Source of the DNA: Anaeramoeba ignava BMAN
Taxonomy: Eukaryota; Protista; Anaeramoebae
Direction: 5' to 3'
Length of the DNA: 61,196 nucleotides
Assembly: GCA_028826165.1 (NCBI GenBank)
Contig: JAPDFW010000032.1
Coordinates: 1 to 61,196, forward strand
Below are positions 50,990 through 61,196 of this stretch, piece after piece. The notes beneath the pieces are model-generated. The model worked only from the letters and a program-made list of their open reading frames with translations. It was not told the origin of the DNA and did not search any database. A program made the translations under genes and the position numbers. Positions within the stretch are counted from its first letter, which is position 1. The number at the start of each line of letters is the position of its first letter.

Positions 50990-52117
50990 TTAATAAAAGC
51001 ATTTTTGATAAGTAATTGAAGGTCCAAATTCTTCATATTCTTCTTTTGAAATCCATTTATTTTGAAAAGTAGAAAGAGAAGCCAAAATTGAACCGCCAAT
51101 CCAAACTGAATATTCTCTATTAGAAGGAGCATCAATATTGATATTGAGCGAATCAGGAGCTAATTTGGCAATTTCACTCTTAATTCTCTCAACAATTCCT
51201 GGAAAAAGTGAAGATCCGCCAGTCAAAAGAATATTTTCAAACAATTGATTTCTTAAATCAAGATCACATTTGAAAATTGAATCATAAATCATTTGATGAA
51301 TTCCTTTTTTTTCTTTTCCAATCAAGTTTGGTTTAAACAAAACCTCAGGAATTCGAAATCTTTCATTCCCAATACTCAAAATATTTCCATCAGGTAAATC
51401 ATAATTTTTCTCAATTGAAGAATCTTGTGATTTTTCCATTTCTTTATCGAAATCAATGGAAACATAACAAAGTTTTTCTTTGATATCTTTAACAATTTCT
51501 TTGTCACCAGTTGATTCAAAAAAATAATCTCTTTCAGTAAGAATTCTCACTAAATAATCAGTCAAATTCCTTCCTCCAATATTGGTTCTTGTGATACCAT
51601 TTCGCAAAGTATATCCATTATAATAAGGAAAAGTATAACAAATTCCATCTCCAATTTCAATATTCATCGCAATATTTTTTCCTGATGAATAAACTGATAA
51701 AAATCCTTGAGATGCCACATAAAATGCTGGAATATCGAATGTTTCAAACATAATTTGAGTTGTTTTCTCTCTGTTTATTTTTGGATTAAAAGGTGGTTCA
51801 GTTAATAAAAATGGATGATCTTCAGATTTGATTTTTAATTCACTATCCAAAATATGATTCAATATTTTTTCCATTTCGTCCCAATTTTTCACAATTCCAT
51901 TTTCAATTGGATAATTTATTGTGCAAAATCCTTTCCTTTTTATTGCTTCATTTCCAATATATAAATCTTGAGTCTCAACTCCTATCATAATTTCCTCATG
52001 TCTTAATCTTCCTATTATTGTTGGAAATTTTACTTTTGGTAAATCATCTCCTGCAAATCCTGCTTTCATTATTCCTGATCCATTATCTATTATTATTGCC
52101 TTATTTTGAACTTCCAT
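50990..52117 (-). CDS. Divergent actin / actin-related protein, 375 aa, intronless
   Basis: IIDNGSGIMKAGFAGDD, YPIENGIVKNWDEMEKI, LLTEPPFNPKINREKTTQIMFETF, GNERFRIPEVLF, YSVWIGGSILASLSTFQNKWISKEEYEEFGP. Confidence 0.93.
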   Translation of the reverse strand: MEVQNKAIIIDNGSGIMKAGFAGDDLPKVKFPTIIGRLRHEEIMIGVETQDLYIGNEAIKRKGFCTINYPIENGIVKNWDEMEKILNHILDSELKIKSEDHPFLLTEPPFNPKINREKTTQIMFETFDIPAFYVASQGFLSVYSSGKNIAMNIEIGDGICYTFPYYNGYTLRNGITRTNIGGRNLTDYLVRILTERDYFFESTGDKEIVKDIKEKLCYVSIDFDKEMEKSQDSSIEKNYDLPDGNILSIGNERFRIPEVLFKPNLIGKEKKGIHQMIYDSIFKCDLDLRNQLFENILLTGGSSLFPGIVERIKSEIAKLAPDSLNINIDAPSNREYSVWIGGSILASLSTFQNKWISKEEYEEFGPSITYQKCFY

Positions 52118-52164
52118 TCTTTTATTTTAAAAAAGAAAAAAAATGAAAAAATGAAAAATGAAAA

Positions 52165-52510
52165 AAATTTTAATTTTAATTTTAATTTTAAATTTGATTT
52201 TAATTTTGATTTTAATTTTAAATTTAATTTTGATTTTTGATTTTTGATTTTAATTTTGATGTTAATTTTGATTTTTAATTTTAATTTTAATTTTAATTTT
52301 AATTTTGATTTTAATTTTAAATTTAATTTGAATTTTGATTTTAATTTTAATTTTAATTTTAATTTTAATTTTAATTTTAATTTTGATTTTAATTTTAAAT
52401 TTTAATTTTAATTTTAATTTTAATTTTAATTTTAATTTTAATTTTGATTTTGATTTTGATTTTAATTTTGATTTTGATTTTGATTTTAATTTTAATTTTA
52501 ATTTTAATTT
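52165..52510 (-). repeat. (AAAATT/AAAATC)n array starting at the RCC1-BTB stop codon
   Basis: Hexamer array between the RCC1-BTB stop and the actin promoter. Confidence 0.9.
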
Positions 52511-54288
52511 TAATTTTGATTATTAAATTTGTTAATTAATAAATCAAATAAATTTGGATTTGTTTGATTTAATTGAAAATAATCAATTCCTGTTTCTAAT
52601 TCATCAATGATTTCTTGTGTAATTTCAATTCCTTCTTTAATTTGATTTGAATAAATCCAATATTCAAATATTTGGAATGATTTATTACTTAATTCACTAT
52701 AATCTGTAACTTTATTAGATTTATCTTCAGTTACAGATAAAAACATTCCTCGATATAATTCACTTCTCATTATTAATATTAATTTAGGAAATTTATATTG
52801 TTTTTCTTTTCTTTCAATTATAAAATCATTTTCATTTTCATTTTCATTTAAATAAATTCTTTTCATTGTTTCTTCAATTTTTTCATTAGAATTTATAATT
52901 TCTTTAATTTCAGAATATAATTTTGGATTTATATTGGAATTATTTGAATAAATCATTTCAAATATTTGATTTGATTCTTTAATTGAGTTTTTTTGAAATA
53001 ATTTCTTGAAGTTTTTCAATTTGATTTTCATTTTGATTTAATCTATATTTTAATATTAATTTATGAGCTTTAATTATTTCTCCATTTTTGGTTTTAAATG
53101 AAATATCACAAAATTCTTTTCTTCTAAATAATTTTATCAAATCTTCTTCAAGATTGGAAAAAGAAGGAGAATAATAAAGAAATGAATTGGAATTTCCACA
53201 AGAAATATGATAATTAGAAATATTTTCATTAAATCTTAATTTAGGAAGTTCAATTTGAATTGGAATAAAATGATTTTTTATATCCCCAGTTCCTAATTGA
53301 CCATGATAATTTCCACCAAATCCAATTAATTTTGAATTGGAAGTTAAAATTGAAGTAAAATCAAATCCACAAGAAATTTCAAGAATATTATCATTTTCAA
53401 ATAAAGATGATTTGATTTCAGTAAATTCATAAGTTTTTTCGTTTTTGCCAAGTCCATTACAATGATAATCACCACATGAATAAAGTTTTCTTTTTGGATT
53501 TTCATTTTCATTTTGATTTTCAATCATCATTATTGAATGATTAAATCCAGATTGAATATCAATTATTTTGCCTTTTGGAATATTTTGAATTTTGGTTAAT
53601 TTTTGGATTTCTTTTTCATCTTTTCTTGATTCTCCTAATCCAAGTTGACCATCATAATTATATCCGCATCCAAATAATTCTTGATTTGAATTTAAAAGAA
53701 AAACATATTTTGAAGAATTTCCTGAAAATATTTTAGAAACATTTTTCATCATTAAAATTGGTTTTTCTGTTTCTTCAAATATTTCAGAATCAAAACCAAG
53801 TTGACAAGAATAATTTGAACCAATTCCATAAGCATTTTGATTTGAAGTTAATAGATAAATTGAACTTTCTCCAGAAACAATATCTTTAATTGTTCTATCA
53901 TTTGTATCTTCAATTAATAATGAAATATTGATAAATTCATTTGGATTTTTTGGATTAATATTTATTCCTTTGGCAAATACATTTCCTTCTATTGTTAAAA
54001 TAGCTTCATTTTGATTACCAACAGTTACTTTTTGAATATTTTCTTCAATTTGGATTTTTGAAGGATTTTGTTTTGAATTATTTTTATTTAAATATTCTAT
54101 TGCTTTTCCATTTTTAAAAAGGAAAATTGTTGCTAAATAACTTGATGATGAAATTTGTTTAATTTGTTTTCATTTTCATTTTCATTTTCATTTTCAAATT
54201 TAAATTGAATTGGTTTTCTTATTTTTTCTGGTTCATTTTGGATAAGTTTTGGATATTCATTTCTTCCAAAAAATAAACAATCATTCAT
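52510..54288 (-). CDS. RCC1-repeat plus tandem BTB-domain protein; two single-base frameshifts (sequencing error or pseudogene)
   Basis: ATG 54288 (MNDCLFFGRNEY). RCC1 blades FGCGYNYDGQLGLG, ISCGFDFTSILT, FGGNYHGQLGTG; BTB EFCDISF..IKAHKLILKYRL and FPKLILIMRSELYRGMF. One base missing near 54167 and one extra A near 52990 join three ORFs with no intron. Confidence 0.82.
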
Positions 54289-54384
54289 TTTTGAAATGAA
54301 AAAAATGAAAAAAAAATTAATTTGGAAATAAATTTCTTTTAATAAAAAAATTGGAAAAAAAAAATAAATCAAAAATAATTTTTC

Positions 54385-54905
54385 TTTTTCTTTCTCTTTC
54401 TTGTTAATTAATTTGTTCTCTTTCTCTTTTTTGTTGATTAATTTTCTTTTTCTTTTTTGTTAATTAATTTGTTTTCTTTTTCTTTTTTGTTAATTAATTT
54501 TCTTTTTCTTTTTTTGTTAATTAATTTGTTTTCTTTCTCTTTCTTGTTAATTAATTTGTTTTCTTTTTCTTTCTTGTTAATTAATTTGTTTTCTTTTTCT
54601 TTCTTGTTGATTAATTTGTTTTCTTTCTCTTTTTTGTTAATTAATTTGTTTTCTTTTTCTTTCTTGTTGATTAGTTTTCTTTTTCTTTTTCGTTAATTAA
54701 TTTGTTTTCTTTTTCTTTTTTGTTGATTAATTTGTTTTCTTTTCTTTTTTGTTGATTAATTTGTTTTCTTTCTCTTTTTTGTTGATTAATTTGTTTTCTT
54801 TCTCTTTTTTGTTGATTAATTTTCTTTTTCTTTCTTGTTGATTAATTTGTTTTCTTTCTTGTTGATTAATTTGTTTTCTTTTTCTTTTTTGTTAATTAAT
54901 TTGTT
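54385..54905. repeat. 30-bp minisatellite (TTGTT[A/G]ATTAATTTGTTTTCTTTTTCTTT[C/T])
   Basis: Exact 30-nt period at 54541-54660; the terminal unit overlaps the last codons and stop of the adjacent gene. Confidence 0.93.
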
Positions 54906-57900
54906 TTCTTTGATTGATTTAAAGATAAATTCTGTTTGAAAAATTTATTCGTAAGTCTTTTTGATTTTTTAATATCTTTTGGAGTGAAATTTGTATTTGA
55001 ATTCAAATATAAAAGTCCTTCAAATCTAATTTTTGTTAAAAGATTTGTAAATTGAATTTTTTCTTGTAAAGAAGCTTGAATAAACCAAGCTTTAATAATA
55101 AGATAAAAAGAATCTTTCCATTTGGGTAAAATTGTTTTCCAAAATTGATCAATTTTCAATTTTTGTTTTTCAGTTTCTTTTGAATTATAATAATCTTTGA
55201 TTTGTTGAAAAAATTCTCTATGAGATTTGTTTTTATGATCCGAACTTTCAAGAATCCAATCCCAAATCAAAAAAAAGGAAGGTTTTGAAGCTAAAAATTT
55301 CAGAATAGTTTGTCCACTTGCAATTTCAATAGATTTTTGAACCTCATCAACATCTTTTCCTTTGTGAACTCTTACTCTGTGTCGAATTTCAAAAAGAATC
55401 ATAATAATAAGAGTTGAAAATGAAACCCAAATTAACACTACAATAACTGTTGCTAAAATACCTTTTGCACTTGTTTCTTCTAAATCATTTGAAACGAAAA
55501 CCATTCCTGAAAAGAGAATAATTTCGGAAAAGCAAATCAACACAAATTCAAGTGTGTTGTGTCGATCTGAAATGAAAGGCTTTGCATGAATTTGTAAAAC
55601 AAGAGCAAAAAGAAGAACAATAACGCAAATGACTGGCTGAATAACTGAATCAAATGAAAGAAATAATTGAGCAATAGTCAAAAATAATTTGCGAATCATC
55701 ACAAATATTTCCCAAAAAAAACCATTCTTTTGTGTATCTTGCACATAGCAATCCAAATCTTAAATCAAATGTTTCTTCATCAAGTTTTTTAGAAGAAACA
55801 AAAAAAAGAATCATAAGAATAAAAGGGATCCCAAAAACATAAAGAACCAGAAAAAGTATTGCCCACGGAAGTATATCTTTCCACCATTTATCATAACAGA
55901 AAAGTGCTGGATCTCCTCCAAATGTATATGTTCCTTCTGATTGCTTTTTGCAATCAAATATTTGGAGAACTTTGTAAGAAAGAAATAAATACACAAAGGA
56001 CAGAATTGTTGTGTATGAATTGATCAAATTGTTATGGAGAGATTTCCTCTGTTCTTTGCCAAATCCATGTGTAAAAAAATTGACTAATTTTGAATCTTAA
56101 CCAGGGAAAGATATAAATGTATTTGTTTGTTGTTTTTCTACTTGGTTTTGAACAAAATCTTGGGAATTTTCTCATGAATCCTGCTCCACATTTTTCAACA
56201 ATTTTGGAATGAATGAAAACAAGAAAATAAACAAACAACAACACAAAGAAAAGAATGAAAGGGAAAACCATGCAAAGGATCCATTTTTGGGTATAAGTTA
56301 AAGGTAAACTGCATTCAACTGCAAGAAAATCAATATTGAAATTGAATATCGAAATTGATCTCCATGTTGATTCAATCGAACTTGGCCAATTTAATTTAAG
56401 TCCTGATATGACTGCAAGAACTTGAAGAAAAGAGAACATAATACTAAAAGACGCGAAATAATTTTTAATTTTTCTTGCAATAATGAAAAGAAACAAACAA
56501 AGGAAAACAATCAAAAAACCAACAAGAATCAATCGATTTTTTTGATTATTAGGGCATTTCATGCATTGCTCTCCGAATTTGTAAAATCCTTTCAAACAAG
56601 CTGCACATAAATTACCACTATATCCAAGTTCACTGTTACATTTATCAGTTCCTCCTCCTGGACATGCCTCTTTCACTGAGCATTCAAGAAATGTTGCTGG
56701 ATCTGAATCTGAATGCCAAAATCCTTCTTCTGCAGAAGGGAAAAGAATTCCAACATCATTGCACACAGTTCCTTTCGGACAAAGTTTGCATACCTCACTT
56801 GCAATCCCATAATATCCTACTGAACAAAGACAATCATCAATATCTGATGCTCCATAAACATTTGTTTCTGAATTTGCTGGGCATGATTTGCATATTTCTT
56901 GTCCCATTTCATCTTGATAAGTATCTCTTCCGCATGCAATACAGAATCTTTGTCCTAATAGATCGTTATATGTCCCACTAAAACAGGGATAGCAAGTTGC
57001 AGATCCTTCTTGTGGATTGAATGTTCCTTTTGGACAATATTCACATTTTGTTGGATTATCACTGAAGTTTCCAGTTCCACAAAGTTGGCAACCTGTAGAA
57101 CGATTGTCAGTATTGTATTGGCCTGGTGAGCATTCTTCGCAATTAGCTGAGCCATTTTTGGATGAAAATGTTCCTGGCAAACATTCAAAACATTCTGTTT
57201 GTTCTTGAGCTGATTGATAATATCCTAAACCACAAGGTGTGCATTCTGCTTGCGCTGTATCGTTTGCAACATATCCTGGTTTGCAAGGAATACAAGAAAA
57301 TGCACCGTATTCATTATTATATGTTCCATTAGCGCAATCAATGCATTTTTGATCAAAACCTCTACTATATTGTCCTTTCGGACATCCTTTTACTTTTGCT
57401 TTTATCCAATTCCCATCTTGTGAAAATTCAATATATTGTTCATCTTGTGATTGAAGTTTTTCTACATTAAATGGATAGAATGAAGGTAAATAAATTGCAT
57501 TATATGGATAATATCTTGGACTTCCTTCTGATTCTGGAAGTAAATCAAACCATACTTGTCCATCTATTTCCAGTACTTGATTAATTGACAAATAACTCAA
57601 AATCATTTTTCAATTTGAAAGTAATATTTGTATTCGGACTTAATTCAAAATTTCCTGATAATACAATTCCTTCTTGAATTATGAAATTTCCATTAAAAGT
57701 CAAGTTTGCATCAATATTAGAATTAATTGTTGAATTAGTTAAATATGTTATTGCAGAAATATTATTTTTAACATTAGTATTATCCAAAATGGATGCTGCT
57801 GCAACGTTTAAAGTGGAATTATTTAATTCAAAATGTTCATGACTGTATAAACTGTGCAATATGATTTGAGAGTCATATGCTGAAAAATTTCCATAATTAT

Positions 57901-60900
57901 AATAATTAATGGAACCTAAAGAAAAAATTGATGATTCAATAAGAAAAACTCCTTGATTATTAAATTCTATAAACGCAGTATCATGAATCAATGAATCTGA
58001 ATTATCATATTCTAAAGTAACAAATATTGGAGGAATTTGGAAAACTGAATCAAAGAAAGAAATTTTAGTGCCATTTTCAGTATTAAAACTATTTCCTTCC
58101 AAGGTTGAATTTGAAATGGTTATGAAATATTCAGAATCAAAAAAATTTATTTGTCCAGATACAATAATATGAACAAAATCAATTTGAACTTCATCATAAA
58201 TATTCAAATCTGCTGCAATATTAATTTGTTGCTGGAAACCTCCCATTCCTTTAATTTTTGCTGATTTACTTAAATTTAATCCTTTTTGAAAAGTTACATT
58301 ATTGTATACTTCAATAATTCCTGAAGAAGATACTTCTTGATCGAAAAAAGTAACAAGAGGAGAATTAACATTTATATTCCCTCGATTATCAACAGAAAAA
58401 TTAAAATAAACTTGAGTAGGTGATCCAACAAAAAATTTTTCTTCTTCTTCTTTGTTTTCATTGCTTAAGGTTGAATAATTTGGATTTATTATCATATTTC
58501 CTTCATTCACAATTTCTGATAAATAATCGATGTTTGTGAGACTATATGTTTTGATTATCAAATTAGATGTATTTTTGATATCGAATTTAATATTATTGAA
58601 AATAGCACCTCCATTGATTTCAACAATTCCTGATGATGAAATTAATGATTGGCCAGTTCGGTTTTCGTTAACAAAAGATTCTGGTGTGCCATCTCCAAAA
58701 ATTAATTTTGAATAACTGAAATTTGTTGTAATTTTTGTGAAATTGAGTTTTCCTTTGATCAAATTGAGATAATTAAGAAAAATATCAGTTTCTAAATGAG
58801 CTTCTGCACTGGAATCATGAATTTCTAATCTTCCAATACTACCATAATAATAATTATATATTCGTAAAATAGATCCATAAAGTGAAATTCCCCCGCTCAA
58901 ATCACTTATTACATCTCCATTAATTTCCAAATCAACATTTTGTAATTCAAGTGTTGATCCATATATAACAGAAAAATTTAAATTATCTTGTCCTTGATTA
59001 TTAGTGAAATCCAAAAATGTATGATTTATTGAAAAAATTGTGAGATTTGAATTTGAATTTAGATCTAATCCTGAATAAGATCCGAAAAAAATATTTGATG
59101 AATTTAGATTAAGGGTTGATTGGATATTTTCTTTTGCTTGAATTTTCCCATCTTCCATTATTATATCCGAATTACTGAAATAATTAGTGCCTTCAATTAA
59201 AACATTGTGTAAATATGAATTAAATCCAGTTATGTTTGAACTTCTTATTTTGAGTGGAGGAAGATCAGTTTGTATGTTAAAAAAAGTCAAATTTACTTGA
59301 TTAAGAGTCAATGGATATTCATTTTCTGAATTGTAATTCAAAATCACAAAAGGATCAGCAAGTTCTGAATTTTCAATCTTTAAAAACCCATTTAATATGA
59401 TGCTTGTATTGTTAAAGATACTTGTGTTTAGATATGAAAGTACCAAATTTCCATTTTCGTTGATTTGAATACTTTCTCCTTCTAATACTGAGCTAATACT
59501 CAAATTTCCTCCAACATTTAATTGTTGTATCGAAAATATTCCATTTCCATAAATTTGATAATTTGAACCATCTTCAGAGTTTGTAATTGGTGAATTTAAA
59601 GAAGAATTTTGAAAATAAAGTGATCCTATTCCATTAAATGTTGTGAATGGTGATGAAATATTGATATAATTGATTGATGAGAAGTTTGAATCAAATCTCG
59701 TTCTATTTTCAACAAATAAAAGAATACTATTATTTGCTGAAATTGAACCTCCATTGATTGAGATGATTGGAATTGTATAATTTGTGTTTGGTTGGTTAGA
59801 ATATAATTCCAGATTGGCATTAAAATTTTCCAAACTAATATTAGGAAGATGAACTAAATTCAGATAAGTGTTGATAGAAAAATTATTGTATAATTTAATG
59901 TAGTTATCAAATTCAGAATAAGTATCGGAATTTCCCAAATTCGAGATTTGTAAAGAAGAATTAATTATTTTGACTCCTGTTTCATTGAAAAAAAGATTAT
60001 TTGTAATTTGGAGAGTTCCTAAACCATTTAATGAAGTTACTCCAATAAAGTCAAGTCTTTTGATTGTAAGATTTTGATTGATTTCTAAATTTGAATTGTT
60101 AAGTATCAAAGATAATCCGCTTGTTTCAAAAGAACAATTTGAAGAAAGAATAAAACAATCTTTTTGGATTTTAATTTGAGTTTCATCCGTTGTAAAATTT
60201 GTACCAGTAAAAATAAGAGAAGAATCAATAATTTGAGAATTTAAAGGATATCCATGAAAAACAAGGGAAGTGTTCACATTTAAAACATCACCTGTAATTG
60301 AAGAATTTTCCCAAATCCATAAAGATGAAAGAGTTAAATTTGATATTTCAATTGAGGAATTTCTCAAAGTCAAATATTGAGGTTCGAACTCAGTAGTGTT
60401 AAATGTTAAATTTATGTTTCGGATCGAAAATCCTACTGGGGTGCAGTTAATTAAATTAGTTGGAATCCGATCAACTGTCAAATAAAATTTTCCTTTACAT
60501 CCATTCATTGTTAGAGATGCTCCTGATTTATCTAGTGCATCAAAAAAAAAATTTTGAGCATAAGCAGGATCTTCATCAATCAAAGACTCAACCAAGAAAG
60601 TTGAATTAGAGGAATTGATAAAATAACTGTGATAAGTAACTCCAGTTATATTACAATTCAATAATTCAACATATGAATCTGTCACTAGCATCTGAGATGT
60701 TGAACCAAAAGAGATACTATCAAAAATGAAACTACTTCCTTCTTGAATTATCATTTGAGGTCTGAAAGTAAAATTAGTTCCACAATTTGATCCATTGAAA
60801 ACAATATTTATACAATTTTCAAACTATTTCAAAACAAAACAAAACAAATTTAAATTTAATATAAAAAAGGAATGAATCTTTTTTTTTGTTAGAATTATTA

Positions 60901-61196
60901 ATTACAGTAACATCCCCATAAATTGATGTTGATTCGTTAAGTTCTTCAAGACAAAAAATTGTTATCTATTAAACCAGAAAAGGAAATTAAAAAACAAACT
61001 AAATAAAAAACAATTTAAAATTTTTGGATAGTTTTTGTTACATCTGAAAAATTAAGAAACAGTGTTGTTGATGTAATAACTTTCATTTGGTTGAAGATAA
61101 TAATAGATTTTCCGCTGAATAATTATTCGATATATTATTGTAGAAGGAGAGGATCAAAGAATCACAACAAATCTGTTTCTATAGTAAGAGTAGAAC
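54896..61196 (-). CDS. Large (>2000 aa) cell-surface protein: Asn/Ser/Ile-rich beta-solenoid-like ectodomain, Cys-rich ephrin-receptor-like (GCC2/GCC3-type) repeats, C-terminal multi-pass membrane domain; 5' truncated, three +1 frameshifts
   Basis: ORFs 60754-57581, 57606-56032, 56027-55650 and 55756-54896 join by removing one base each. Repeats C..C..G.Y......C..C; membrane region with FLQVLAVI..LKLNWP, FGLLCARY...FFWEIFVMIRK, KPF....HNTLE. Short introns about 60905-60824 and 61041-60966. Confidence 0.8.

Noticed and set aside
50557-51135. 192-aa ORF overlapping the actin 3' end
   Set aside because: It is exons 1-2 of the TOM1-like gene read through a stop-free intron plus an upstream extension in another frame of actin; the likely start is 50937.
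1112-54696. Many ORFs such as [32 protein letters not shown]
   Set aside because: Translations of stop-free frames of intronic or intergenic satellites, or antisense to real exons; no independent coding signal.
1-61196. Inteins, transposases, reverse transcriptases, introner-like elements, tRNA or rRNA genes
   Set aside because: No Hint/LAGLIDADG, DDE or RT motifs recognised, no terminal inverted repeats shared among introns, and no GC-rich structured RNA segment visible by eye; a covariance-model search was not possible.

Overview
Very AT-rich, gene-dense and intron-rich eukaryotic genomic DNA. The NQ/EN low-complexity tracts and RCC1-BTB / ankyrin-BTB proteins resemble an anaerobic protist such as the metamonad Anaeramoeba; this is an inference, not verified. 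I can reconstruct 17 protein-coding genes by hand using about 43 GT-AG introns: FKBP15-like (3' truncated), an F-box/multi-TM protein, AP-4 beta, WDR11, ankyrin-BTB, SWI5-like, a PSP1-domain protein, peptidase S28, eRF1, a G-alpha, an ALDH3-type aldehyde dehydrogenase, CCT-alpha, NAC-alpha, a TOM1/THH1-like 7TM protein, a divergent actin, RCC1-BTB and a large Cys-rich multi-TM surface protein (5' truncated). Roughly a third of the window is simple tandem repeat filling introns or starting at stop codons; most small ORFs in the supplied track are artefacts of these repeats. No rRNA, tRNA, CRISPR, transposase or intein was recognised. Most interesting signals: (1) eRF1 with an altered stop-codon-recognition domain (TASNIKS to TATNIRN, plus S70A and C97S by human numbering); (2) an unusual intron grammar of strand-polarised satellites, frequent AAG acceptors and a recurrent sense-strand motif ATTCATTTATAAAA; (3) an A-to-T synonymous-site gradient that resets per exon; (4) an Inr-like TTTTCATTTT element before almost every ATG; (5) a G-alpha with the RGS-insensitivity Gly-to-Ser change. 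Several regions show unpolished long-read errors, so frameshifts should be treated cautiously.
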